From NCBI GenBank assembly GCA_964016885.1, contig OZ024740.1, forward strand, positions 308,078,001 to 308,142,000: a stretch of 64,000 nucleotides of DNA, written 5' to 3'. Position numbers and translations under genes: made by a program. The notes below the pieces were generated by a model, which did not search any database, was not told the DNA's origin, and saw only the letters and a program-made list of their open reading frames with translations. Source of the DNA: Eledone cirrhosa (taxonomy: Eukaryota). Below are positions 40,745 to 54,420 of this stretch, in pieces (the stretch's first letter is position 1; each line of letters starts with the position of its first letter).

Positions 40745-42418
40745 ACTATTATTTAATCAGAAGTTTGGGTTTGTGGTCAGGAGTTTGATATTTCAAAATT
40801 TTTATATTTTTCAAGAAAAAACACATTTTTTTTTAATTTATCAGTTCATATAATTAAATCAACAGAGTATATATTTATTTTATTACACAAGCTTATCAAA
40901 AGCAAACAAGTAAAAACAAATAACACTTATAAAGCAACTTATACATGTCAGAAATGACTGGATTTCCTGGATTTGCAGTTGTAGTCCAGGTCGCATTCCC
41001 CCACTAACCTCCAGATATAGCCCCCCCCCCCCCCCCCCCCCCATCATTTTTTCATTGTAGTGGTCCTGGTACCTCCGCTCTATCTCTTTCACATCTTGGT
41101 GGAATCGTTCGCCTTGTTCTTCTGAGTAGGCGCCCATATTGTCCTTGAATTTTTCCAGGTGAGCGTCCAGCATATGGAGTTTAAGCGACATCCTGCATCC
41201 CATGGCGCCAAAAGCCTTTATCAGATCCTGCAGTTGCTGGTAGTTTTCAGCTCTGTAGTTGCCCAGGAAGCCCTTAACAATTGCCTTGAAACAGTTCCAT
41301 GCTGTTCTCTCAATCCTATTGAGCTTATTGGAGAACTCGGTAGACTCAAACACCTTCTTTATCTGAGGGCCAACAAAAATTCCACCTTTGATTTTGGCCT
41401 CAGATAACTTGGTGAAGAACTCAAGAAGGTACTCAAAAGCGGCTGATTCTTGGTTGAGATCCTTCACACACTGCTTCATTAACCCCAACTTAATGTGCAG
41501 TGGTGGCATGAGCACAATCCTGGGATCAACCAGTGGCTCCCACATGACGTTCCGGGTCCCAACTACAAATTCTGTTCGCTGCTCCCAGTTCTTTCTTTTG
41601 TAGTGGTCAGAGGTGGCTCTGCTGTCCCAAAGGCAGAGGAAGCATTGGAATTTGATAAAGCCTCCTTGGAGTCCAGGCAGGAAAGCCACCATCTTGAAGT
41701 CTCCAATGATTTCCCAATTGTACTGGTTGTATTGCAGAGCTTCCAAGAGGACTTTCACACTGTAGTAACCTTCCTTCAGGCAGACTGAATGAGCTAGGGG
41801 CAGTGTCGGGAACTTGATTCCATTGTGGAGGAGGAGGACAGCCTTCAAACTTGTGGTGGAGCTGTCTATAAATAGCCGCCACTCCTTGGGCACAAACGGC
41901 ACCCCAAAAACGTCAAACAGTCCAGGCACGTCATGGCAGAAGCAGAGGCCATCCCTAAGAGTGTAAAAGCCTGAGAAAGGTTCGTGTCGACTTCTCTGAC
42001 TTGTCACCTGCACTTCCTTCTTGACCAAGTTCCACTGCTTCATCCCGGAGACGAATGCTTAAAACACAACTTACCCTTTATTCAGGGTGCGAAAATCCAG
42101 TATCTCTTTAATCCACTTTTTAACAATTTTATACTTTATTGCACTTTTATAATTTTCTTTAGGTATTACTCTTTATTTTATAATTTTAATTTAACCTGAA
42201 ACATATAAAAAAAATCATTTAACATAAGAAAATTAAACTTACATACAACGTAAAATCCAGTATACAAATAATTCTAGTGAATAGCTTAGAATTTTTACAA
42301 ACTCAAACTTTTAACTGTTTAATGGCACTTTTTTTTAAATTTAATTGGGACCTAAGCAACACAATAAAAGTGATTACAAGCCAGGAACAGAGAAAAGAAA
42401 ATTTTTTGTTACACGGTG
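40745..42418 (-). mobile_element. Chapaev3-like (CMC group, Transib/RAG1-related) DNA transposon with truncated transposase ORF 40883-42043
   Basis: WRLFIDSS..SLKAVLL, GDFKM..LQGGF.K..CFLCLWDSR, PPLHIKLGL, SLKLHMLDAH, SEEQGERFHQD; candidate terminus CACCGTGTAACAAAAAATTTT at 42418 next to TAA; other end uncertain. Confidence 0.75.
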
Positions 42419-42672
42419 TAATGGAGGAAATAATACTATACTCGGTATAGTATTCTCTAACAATTAATTTCTATATTAATGCTCTGCCTGTACACTTTTT
42501 GCTTGACATATATTTCTCTCACTTACTTTCATTGTTCGCTTGTCTTGCACTTTATATGCATTAAGCACTACCTATGCATTAAGCACTGTCCTCTTCACTA
42601 CTGGCTTATTATTCTCACAACTAATCTCCTATCTTTCCTTCTTGATTGGTTTCTACACCTACTTTTGATATA

Positions 42673-42739
<67 letters not shown>

Positions 42740-42742
42740 AAA

Positions 42743-42788
<46 letters not shown>

Positions 42789-42791
42789 AAA

Positions 42792-42832
<41 letters not shown>

Positions 42833-42838
42833 ATAAAA

Positions 42839-42884
<46 letters not shown>

Positions 42885-43095
42885 CTTTTTTTTTTAGTGT
42901 GGTCTACCTCTGGTGGTAGGGCCCGTACCGTAGATAGAACTCAATATAATCCGATGGCGAGTAATCCAGTGAAATCCATAGAATAGCTCTGTGTTCCGCT
43001 GAGTTAATACCTTAGATACAGAGTCAGATATTAGGTACTAAGCTAACAATGAAAATAAAAACAACAAAGTCAAGTTATTTTACCTATCCATATCA

Positions 43096-43210
43096 TTTTA
43101 CGATCGTTTCGGAGGGTCGATCATATTGACATATTGTCTGATTTATAGCAGTTATATAACTGTATACTATCAGACCTCGTATATAGGTTCGATCAGACCG
43201 TCTTCGGAAA
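43096..43210 (-). ncRNA. Hammerhead-like motif with ~90-nt stem II and a U4C core change
   Basis: UUU-CCGAAGA-CGG...long imperfect hairpin centred on CAGUUAUAUAACUG...CC-GAAA-CGAUC-GUA-AAA; palindromic stem III ACGAUCGU. Confidence 0.6.
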
Positions 43211-43223
43211 CAATCTAGTCGAT

Positions 43224-43264
<41 letters not shown>

Positions 43265-43441
43265 TTATATCTGTATTTTTAACCGTTGGTCAATCAATGA
43301 GAAACAGTGATTGCCAGATAAATTAACTATGGAGATATAAAAGATACAGAAGCGGAAACCAACCCAAACCAAACAGTGAGGGTGTTTTATTATTATTTCT
43401 GGCAATATTATAACAATATCACTCTCCCCAAATGTAACAAT

Positions 43442-43483
<42 letters not shown>

Positions 43484-43598
43484 ACGGAAAAAATGAAACG
43501 AAATTTCATTTCCCACTCTTAGTACGTACTTAAATATAAGTATGTATACGTATACAGACGTATACGTCTGTATACATATATGTATGTACGTATACATA

Positions 43599-43695
<97 letters not shown>

Positions 43696-43839
43696 AGGAT
43701 TTATCAAAAGAGGGATATATTTCAAAGGGTAGAATATTTTAAACAAATGACCATATAATCATGAAGTAACTTGTACAATACATGTCTGAATATAAAGTTT
43801 TATTCTTTTTTTTATAACTTTTATAAATATAATCGGATG

Positions 43840-44200
43840 ATGAGACCTTCTCCGCCTCCAGCTTTGTCGCTTCGGCCACAAACCCCGGTACTGCAGTCCA
43901 CAATGCAGAGGACAAGAAGACAAACATATACCGCCGCTTTTCCAACTGCTTCCTCTTCGTACCTGTCGCCGTCGAGACCTCTGACGTCCTCGGACCACGT
44001 ACTGCCGAGCTCCTCCGCAAAATCGAAATGTTAGCAGCCCGTCTGAGGTAAGAGCCTCGCGAAGTGGAGTGGCTGTTGCAACGGGTGTCGCTGGCCATTG
44101 TCCACGGAAATACCTTTGTAGTTTTGTCCGCGGAGAGCAGCCCGAGCACCATCCTGCCCTAGGCCCAGAGCCCATGACCCTCTTCCTTCCCCCCCTTTCT
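43840..44200 (+). mobile_element. CRE-like LINE 3' fragment
   Basis: FVPVAVETSDVLGP, EWLLQRVSLAIVHGN; similar to 35450-35710. Confidence 0.75.
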
Positions 44201-44259
44201 TCTGTGGCCAAAGTCCTTGCTTTTTCCCCTTCTTTTCCTCACATTTATGGCTTTTCTCA

Positions 44260-45660
44260 TATTATCAAGGTATTTGAGAGGGTGGTGAGATCACGAATAA
44301 CCCACTTTCTTGAAAGCAACGGCCTGCTGAACTCCAACCAATATGGGTTCCGTAATTGGAAGGGACTGACTAACGCAGCTCCTGCATCACTATGACGATG
44401 TTTTGAGAGCCTTTGGAGAGGGTTCCAACACTGATGTCATCTACCTTGACTTCAGCAAGGACTTCGACAGGGTTGATCATAAGATTCTACTGAAAAAACT
44501 ATCCAATGTTGGTGTCTCTGGAAGGCTACTACAGTGGATCAAATGTTTCCTGACAGGCAGAACCCAGCATGTTGTAGTCGAAGGAGTAAAATGAAGCCCT
44601 GCCAAAGTCAGCAGTGGCGTCCCACAAGGCACTGTGTTGGGCCCACTTCTTTTCATCATCTACATTAAGGACATTACTGACATCATCAAGCACAGCAACA
44701 TCAGAATCTTCGCAGATGATTCCAAGCTCCAAAGGGTCATTAATGAGGTGGGTGACCGGACTTGCCTTCAGTCAGACCCACTGGCTGTTATCCAATGGGC
44801 AGAAATGAATAATATGCTGTTGAATGAAGATAAATTTGAATTAATCCACTTTCGAAAAAAGGATGTCCTGAAACTACCATACTCTCTTCCTTCGGGTGAA
44901 AGTCTGGTGGCTTCCAATAATATCAGAGACCTGGGAGTAATTGTGGACAACAACATAAGCTGGGCCACTTATATAAACAGCAAAGTTGATATGGCCCGCA
45001 GAATGTGTTCCTGAATTCTTAGAACTTTCCAGTCGAGAGATATACACACTGTTATCCTTCTCTTCTCCGCTTTTGCCCACTGTGGTCACCCCACACGAAA
45101 CAAAGTATCATGAAAGTTGAAGCACCCCAAAGGTCAATTACAAAAAAAGATAGTTGACATGACAGGCCTTGACTATTGGAGTCGATTAGAAAAGCTCAAA
45201 CTTTATTCTCTCCAACGTCGCCGTGAGCGCTACATTATCTGTATGATGTGGAAAATATTCCATCAGCTTTGCCCGAATGATGTTGGCATCACCTTAAGTG
45301 TACACCCAAGGCTTGGGCCCCATGCTATCCGCTCACGACAAAAATCCCACTCGCATCACATAACAACAATATGGCACAATTATTTCACCTCAATTGGCCG
45401 CCCTGCACTCTTTAACATTACACCAAGACACATCAAAGCAGAGACAGACCCCATCAAGTTCAAGAAGTCTTTGGATAAATTCCTTCAAGAAATCCCGGAT
45501 AAGCCTCCTACACCCGGATATGCCTCCGTAAACAATAACTCTATGCTCGAGTGGGCGATGGTGCCCAAACACTGATTTGTAAGACTTCGCCAGGTGGTGC
45601 TATTAAGTTAGACATGGCCTGGGCCAATACTGGCCGAAACCTATCAAAGTTATCAAAGTA
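44260..45660 (+). mobile_element. CR1-like LINE, 5'-truncated RT region and 3' tail
   Basis: DVIYLDFSKDFDRVDH, SGVPQGTVLGPLLF, IFADDSKL, LYSLQRRRERY; ends in a TATCAAAGT tandem tail. Confidence 0.92.
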
Positions 45661-45675
45661 TACATACACACACAT

Positions 45676-45715
<40 letters not shown>

Positions 45716-45929
45716 TTAAGGATACTATTTATGGTTATGTATATACTAAAACCTTTTATAGTTATATATATATTATACCCTAAATAGTGAAAGACAGTAA
45801 TTTATTACTATCTTATTACCAGTAAGATAAATAGCTCAATGTAACAACATCAGTTGTTTTACAGAGCAGTTATATAGAGATTACATGAAACAAAGCAGAT
45901 AAATGATTTAAACAGAACTTTGTTTCATG

Positions 45930-46161
<232 letters not shown>

Positions 46162-46509
46162 ATACATATATATATATTCTCACGGCAGCTAACTCTATTA
46201 ACCAACATCCTAACCAATAACCCTCACCCCTTTAACAAGTTATTGCAGTTCTCAGTATATTATATGTATGGGTTTGTGTTAACATGTGATTATACGTCTA
46301 TTTTTCTTTCTCTTGCCTCAGACCATTACCATATCCCTCCGCCAAACACTCCTGTCTCCTAACCTTTTGACTGCCACTTCACTCAGTACCCTTCCTCCTT
46401 TTTAACAAAACATTAATATTATTGATCATTCTTCCAAGTACGGGAAACAACTCAGGACACGTTTTAGTCTTATTAGACATCCCCATCAAAGCATCTGGTG
46501 ACTAAAATC

Positions 46510-46820
46510 TATTCTCGGGTCCCAAATACCAGGTGGGTGGGGGGAGTGAATAAGCGGGAGGGTTGGAAAATTGGTACTTTTTCAAAGCTCTCTCCGTTGA
46601 TGTTTTTTTAGAAACCAGAATTAGTCGTTTAGCTTACATATTGCGACCCCAACCCATCTAATTTGTTTTATAACGTATGGGATTTCTTTTGTCGTATATA
46701 ATGTTTTTTAATGTCTAAAGAAAATTGATTGTCACAGGAATGCTAACACTTCGCCGGAGATAGAATAGCAAAATTTAATAAGCGAAGTGGGGTGGAGGAT
46801 TATTCGAGACCCGAGGGTTA
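46510..46820. mobile_element. MITE, same family as 23090-23454, opposite orientation
   Basis: TATTCTCGGGTCCCAAATA ... ATTATTCGAGACCCGAGGGT; internal AAACCAGAATTAGT and CGCCGGAGATAGA shared. Confidence 0.75.
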
Positions 46821-46985
46821 TTGAATTTGATCTCTTTATTTTAAAATCTATACTTCCTCAGTTCGGGCAATAAAAGAGATGTTGCTATTTTTTCGTGCTT
46901 GAGATAACATCAGTTTCGATTCAATCATATGGATTCCAGCTCTAAATGACTAGTGATAGAATTTCTTAATAGAACTTCAACCCAA

Positions 46986-47170
46986 TTGGCAGTATCAGTA
47001 GGGGGTCGGACGCCTTGCTTTGCAGCAGAGAGTTACGGCCCTTTACGGTCTGAATTCAAATCCCGCCGAGGTTAACTGTGCCTTTCATCCTTATGGGGTC
47101 GATAAAATAAAGTACCAGTAATGCACTGGGATAATTGCTGGCCTTGTGCCAAAAGTAGAAACAATTATTT
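46986..47170 (+). mobile_element. SINE
   Basis: Full head, core and tail. Confidence 0.9.
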
Positions 47171-47429
47171 TATAATTTAATTTTTTTGTTTCTGGTTTAC
47201 AGTTCTATCATAATGGTGTTCAATGGAGTTATTTCCCTTCAACAAAGCGTGTGTTTTTATAGTATTATTCTAAGAACTACCCATTGGCGTAAGCCGCGGC
47301 AGTAACACTGTAAAATGTTAATTGGTTTATAGCGTTTATAGCGTTTATAGCGTTTATAGCGTTGAATTCAGCACTTTTAGTGAGCATGGTGCCAGGAGAA
47401 CCAAAGAAGGTTCCGTAAATATCTGACAC

Positions 47430-47810
47430 TCTCATCAAACACCGTCCGTAGTGAGGGCAAACGCCCCAACGGAATAACTCCTTCTCATTCGAGGGAAGTA
47501 TATCCCTAATCTGGGACGTGACATGTTGAGACTCGTCCTCTTCCTCCAACCTAGGCACTTCGGCCGCAAACCTAGGCACTTCGGCCGCAAACCCAGGCAC
47601 CACCGTCGGCAATGCAAAGAAGAGGAATATACCGGGGCTTGACCAACCACTTTCTTTCGTATCGGTCGTTGTTGAGACCTCAGGTGTCTTTTGTCCCTGT
47701 TCGTAAAATCGGAAAGGCAGCAGCCAACCCTAAGAAGGAGTCCTGTGAAGTGGGATGGCTGTTTCAGCGGGTATCACTGGCCAATCTCCGCGACAACACT
47801 TTTGCTATTT
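47430..47810 (+). mobile_element. CRE-like LINE 3' fragment, old
   Basis: GKRPNG, LIWDVTC, WLFQRVSLANLRDN; internal 21-bp duplication AACCTAGGCACTTCGGCCGCA. Confidence 0.7.
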
Positions 47811-49637
47811 TGTTACTTTAACTTAAAACATATTGCTCAGGATTATAAAAATAACAGCTAAATCTCCCTCAAACCAAAATCTACGTTTTTAAAAAGGGAA
47901 TGATACATTGGGTAAAGTAGGATAGAGTTTCTGGAAGTTGTTTTTTAACAAAGACTTTAATTATAGGCCTGCTTGATCAGGACTGTCCTAAACTAAGCAA
48001 ACACAATAATATATTATATATTGCGTATACTCTATATTGATTTCTTACTAAAAAAAAACATGCCTGCGTTTCTTTCAATAAAATGCACACAAATAAAGAC
48101 AATTAATATCAAAAAGTAAATGTGAGAAACAGACCCACAATCACACACCACAGCAAGAGGCGCTGGAATTTCCTCCCAATAATTTTTCAGGCAAGCCCAC
48201 ATGCAGCAGTGCCGAGGGTTATAGTGAGGCTACATCCTGGAATAACTAACCACACTCGCAGGCATCACCTGATATGTTAGTAAGACGTGCCGCCAACAAT
48301 GGTAAGAACCTTGCTAGCAATCCAGTTCTCCTGAAAGTCTTGAACGCTACATGCTGAAAAAAAAAATAGTTTGTCAATAAATTCTGATATTTCAGAATAT
48401 TATACCGTTTGTCCTCTGATGCCGTGACCCTCACCTTCGCCGCTACATCCAGGACGTGGGAAGGAGCAAAAAAGTCGCTAATTTAGTCAAGGTCATGCAA
48501 TCAAGAAGTTGATACCGGGCATGCCCAAACATCTGCACGCCACTGATGTATACCCAGTGCCGGATTTACCATTGTGCATATGGGTGCTTAAGCACAAGGC
48601 CCGTTGGCCAGGACAACCCATCTTCCCACCAAAAAATTTTTTACGATCAATTACCCCCTTCAGGGCCCATGTAAGGGGCCTCATAACTTAATTAGCATAG
48701 GGCCTCATTTGTCCTAAATCCAGCATTGTGTACACCCCATTCAGAAATCCCATGTCACACTGACAGAAAAAAACTTAAACTTGCTTTTGAGGCAAAACAT
48801 AACAATACGATGAATATGACATGGGAGGTAACCCTTTCTGTATAAACCAGAATTAAATAACTTTTATGAAAATTACTAAGAACAAAATTGTGTTTGCATG
48901 ACTATAGAAATTATTTGAAATTAATAATGAGTTTTAATGTATTACATTTTTAATTAAATAAATCAAGGTGTTACTTTATTCTAGCGCTTATGTATTAAAC
49001 TGGTGTTATATATTATGTATCGTTCGATTCTTTTATAAACAAGCGCAGGCATACCTGTGTGGTTAAGAACTTCGCAACATGTGTGTGTAATGAAAGAAAT
49101 GCTTTCCCTTATGAACACGGCCACCAAATAAGTGACCTGCGACCTCGCAGAGAAGACAATCGATTCTCCTAGTGGTAGGATTTACGGCACCATTCCTAGG
49201 AGGGAGAAAATATTCTTGGGCTATCTGTTATCTATCAAAAATAACTAGCCGTCGTTATAAATAGGCTGTCCTGTGGTCCTAACACTGAGTAATCTGCCAC
49301 TTCGCTTGTACAACACAACCTCCCCAAATAAGAGTTTACTACTACCTCTGCTGGTACATACTGTCTGATTACAGCTTATCACTTTTTAAGGGAACATCCC
49401 ATGGTAGACAAAGAGACACTCGCACAACACAGAAGCCTTATTGAAATCTATATTCATTTGTGAACACTATAATCAAACTTTATATTTACGATTCGAAGTG
49501 ATCATATTTTTTTTTTTTTCTTTTTGCCGATAGCTTCGGAACCTTGAGCACCGGACTCTTCAGGAAGTTAGCTCAATATATATTCAACCAGAATTGTTGG
49601 TATATGTCGTGTTAGTCCTCAACTCTTAAAACTTCGC

Positions 49638-49799
<162 letters not shown>

Positions 49800-49812
49800 A
49801 ATAAATAAATAT

Positions 49813-50016
<204 letters not shown>

Positions 50017-50340
50017 TTATTTATATATATAAATAAATATATATATATAAATAAATATATATATATATCATAAAACATGTCTATAGAATCACCAGATAAA
50101 ATATATACCATTTCCTCTCCCAATTAGCATAATTAACCATATAAAAAATCGAATAGACCAAGCTATAAAAATAAGGCTTCTATGAAGAAATTTCCAACAA
50201 ATAACCGAAACCAGCCCTTCGCGCCGGCTGCGACGGAATATTTATCGAATATTTCGACAGCGTAATCGCCCAGATATACAGTCAATTAAACAGAATTAGG
50301 TGTAAAATAAACTAGGAGAAAAGTGAACACATTTATTTAC

Positions 50341-50413
50341 CTCGACCATAGTTTCGTCCGCATTTTAAGGTATCCGATAGCTTCGGAACCTTGAGCACCA
50401 GACTCTTCAGGAA
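50341..50413 (-). ncRNA. Type I hammerhead ribozyme-like motif with ~50-nt stem II
   Basis: UUC-CUGAAGA-GUCUG...AAGGUUCCGA-AGCUA-UCGGAUACCUU...CGGAC-GAAA-CUAUG-GUC-GAG, then AAUAAA; truncated second copy at ~49527-49582. Confidence 0.75.
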
Positions 50414-50606
50414 CTTAGCTCAAATTTAGACAATAAATTTTCCAAAGTGATCGCGCCAAGAATACATTCAAAAATGGCTAAGAATCGTGACGTAGCAGCG
50501 GTCAGGTTAGAAGAAATGTGGTTAGTTGCTTACGGCTGGTGGCTTTTTGCTAGAAAGCGCAGCCAAATTTGTATCTCAACCTAACGGGAGATTATTACAT
50601 ATAAAG

Positions 50607-50678
<72 letters not shown>

Positions 50679-52438
50679 GTGTTTTGCAACGGGTCACTTT
50701 TATATATATATATATATAAATAAATATATATATATATATATATGCAAAAGTTTTATTTAAAATTGTAGGGTTACAACGAGTAAATATTTTATAACTGATA
50801 TAAAAGCACTCAACAAGTTTTGGAGTAGGTTTACGATATTAAACAAATGGAAACTATATTTATAAAACCATATTTATTTCATTATATATATTTCAGGGAT
50901 ACCATATTAAAAATATGGTATTCCTTCCTCAGACAAAATACAATATATAAACCGTTTTATAAATAAATTTGACATACCTAGAACAGTGCAACTTCCATTT
51001 AAAAAGTTGATTTGGTAGTGAAAATGTTGAGGACAGTTAAAAAGAAGGACGAAGAGAAAAAAGAAAAAAGAAGAAAAAAAAGAAAAAATAAGAGAAGAAG
51101 AAAGAAAGTGTATAGTGCTAAGGATAGTTAGAGAAGAAGATGAAGAGATGTATGTAAAGAAAGCAACAGAGCGAGATAGAGAGAAAGAGATATGGGAGAG
51201 AGAAATATATTGAGGGAGTGAAAAATGATAGGCAGCTTGGAGACAGATGATCAGCGTACAAATGAGATATTAAGGAGGGAAGGGGGTACTGTAATTATTT
51301 ATTTATTTATTTATTTATTTAGTTATAGTGTTAAGGATACGGAGAGAAATATGATAAATAAAGAGAGGTAGAGAGAGATATATGTGGTGGGAGAAAAGAG
51401 GTAGATCGAGTAATATCTATCATACGAGGTGGGAGAGATACAGTTAAAAACAGCCGATATATAAGTCCCGTCAAGTGTAGAGGAGAAAAAGAAAGAAAGA
51501 TGATATATTTAAAATATTTAAAATATTATGTCTCGTCCATTTGAATTATCAATTCATATGAATTAGGTATTACAATGTAGATATCAATATTCATGAATGA
51601 GACACATATCAATAATGTGTGAAAAAATGAAAAAATAATGACCCCATGTTTAGTTTTAAAATTCTTAGGTTTATAAGCAAAATCTGAGACAAAACTTCAA
51701 AAATACTGAAATACATAAGTATATATGTATTTTCATGAAAAAAGGAAAAGAGAAAAGAGAAGGTTATCTCAAATTCAAGTTGACAATTATGGACACACAT
51801 GTGAATTTACGTGATCGGCTCTGTAAAATCATATTTTCATGAAAAGCTTCATTGCGTTACAAAAGATTCCACCATACATATATGTACATACATATATATA
51901 TATAGACATAAAGTGTACATTAATATTAATAATAATATTCTTGCCCTCACTCACATGATTATCGTTCAAGCATAGAATAGACAACAGATATCAATATATT
52001 AAAAATATTAAAAATATATTTAAAAAAATATCTTCGTCACTCCACAGAGTAACTAGGGACGCAATAAAACATAGTATGCCACGCATATCAACCACAGAAA
52101 ACCACCCTTCAAATTTATTTGACAATATATTGTCAAGTTCATTAGAAGCAATCAGAATCAAAAGTAAACTAAACCAAAATTATTCAACAAACCTTATTTA
52201 GCAGAAATCAGAAATCATTCAAAAAAAAAAAATTTATTCTACAAATGCTCTTATATTTATTATAGAAGTTTATCTAGCTTAAAAATGTATTCAATAGATT
52301 GGGAACATCACCATTATAGAGTACTTTAATTAATCTTATTAATTTATATACTCATGCAGAAGGTTTTTAAAAAAATTGAAGGAATCGAAATATTAATCGG
52401 CAAGTTTCATAAATAGTTAAATATCTTAAGTAAATATA

Positions 52439-53580
52439 CTACATTTTAAATTTATATTTATATTTAAAAGTTGAGTTCAATCTATGTCTGCAGCAGCTGA
52501 ATAAATTGGTCCGTAAATTAAGGGAATTTTTAGATTTTAGTATAAAGAATATCTCCTCTGCGCAGAGGTCACATGTCTCAGAGGAGGAATTAAAAGGAAT
52601 CCCTTTTGAGATTATATTCCAAACCATCGAATATCCAACGTTATCATGTTTAAGTTGCCAGAGTAAACCTGATAGTGATGTTGAAGATTTTTTACTTGGA
52701 TCCGTGAAAGAATTCTTGTGATTATTATAGCGAAGTTTAAATTCTGTCGAGGTGGAACCAACATAATTAAAAGAATTTAAGTCAGTTTTAACATTACAGT
52801 TGTACATTATATTTTTAACTAAGCAATTGTTATTTAGCGGACATCTCTACAGTTACAGTTGTTTACTTGAATATTGTTTAGGCTATTTTCGGTATTTTGG
52901 CTAGGTTTTAGATTCCTATTATTTATTCTATTAATATTTTGCGCTAAATTTTTGGTGGACGAGTATGTTAATTTTATGGTATGCCTATTGAAAATTGAGT
53001 GATACTTATGTGTTCTAGGGAAGCGTTTGTCAAGAGCATTAAACAATAGTTTAGCGATGTGGGTTTTAATGTTTAGTGAGAAAGGGGGGGGGGGGGGGGG
53101 CAAACCATATTATATTTCTAGTTCTATTTCTTTTCTGGTTTTTGGAATTATTGTAATGCTTTCTATTATAGTTGTTAAAGTTGTTACTGTGATTAAAATT
53201 GTTGTTATTTCGGTTAGTTTGTCTATTATCGATGTACATAATTTTATCAGTATATCCTGCTCTAGCTAACGCATCATTGTAATACTGGGCTTTTTCGTCG
53301 AAAATATTTTTATTAGATGAGATTCTAGAGATACGTTTTTGAACAGAGTTCACTATAGTATTTTTGACAGATCTGGGGTGATTAGAGCTAAAACTGACAT
53401 AATTCAAGTTTTCATTTAACTTGTGAAATGGATAGTGAAGGTATGTGTTGAGATTTAATGTTACATCTAGGAAATTGACTATTCTATGGTTATTCTCAAT
53501 TTCAATTTTTAGATTAAGGTAATTAAAAAATTGTATAATTTGTTTTCTTTTTCTATTTAGTTCAGAGTTATTATTTTCAA
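52439..53580 (-). mobile_element. Penelope-like element: RT thumb and C-terminal GIY-YIG endonuclease, 5'-truncated
   Basis: FLDV..NL, YVSFSSNHP, IIWF.PPFS.NIKT, IFNRHTIKLTYS, CNCR, YVGST..FKLRYNNH, CDLC.EE, CRHR; frame broken at a poly-G run. Confidence 0.88.
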
Positions 53581-53671
53581 TAAAAGTTATTATTTTCGAC
53601 GAAAAAGCCCAGTATTACAATGATGCGTTAGCTAGAGCAGGATATACTGATAAAATTATGTACATCGATAA

Positions 53672-54420
53672 GATGTAACCCTCATAGAACTGGACATGAA
53701 AGGAATTTGCCCACTATACAGGAGCAAATCATGGAATAGCTTAGATAGGGCTAGACATAAGATAGGGAAGGCCACCTCATGGTACGACAACCAGAGATAT
53801 CAGAGTGTCATGTTTGTGGACGCCACCCCTGGAGGGAAATTAGCTAACCAGTGTAGAAAGGCCCTGAGAAAGACCCACTTAAAAATAAAGGTGGTAGAAA
53901 AGCCAGGAACCACCATAAAATCCCTGATCAGCAAAACCTACCCTTTTAAGAAAAACCACTGTACCAATAGGAAATGTATCATATGTAAGGTGAACCCCCG
54001 GATAAACTGTAAAACTAGAAACGTAGTCTATAGCATAAGATGTACAGAGGGTACTTGCAGAAACATGACAACAACATACATAGGTGAGACAGCTCGTAGC
54101 ATAGGTGAAAGGATAGACCAACACTGGGGGGAACTAAAAGGACGAAAAAACGGGTCAGTACTATACGAACATGCTAGACAACAACATGACGGTAACATAG
54201 ACAACATAGAAATTAGAATAATATCTAAACATAGGAATGACCCAGCAGATAGGCAAATCAGAGAGGCCAGTGAAATAGAAATTAGAAGACCAAAGCTAAA
54301 CAGAAAGAATGAGTGGAACAACAACAACACCCAAAGAAACCAAAGTCGAAAAAAACCTAGAGAAAAACTTATTTCATTTAAGCTCAGGTCTGCCACTAAC
54401 GACAACCCGAGAAAAAGAGA
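53672..54420 (+). mobile_element. Second Penelope-like element (different family), GIY-YIG region; ORF 53696-54571
   Basis: PLYRSKSW, VMFVDATPGG, KVVEKPG, Cys cluster, VVYSIRC..C..YIGETARSIGERIDQH, RQIREA, LNRKNEW. Confidence 0.88.
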
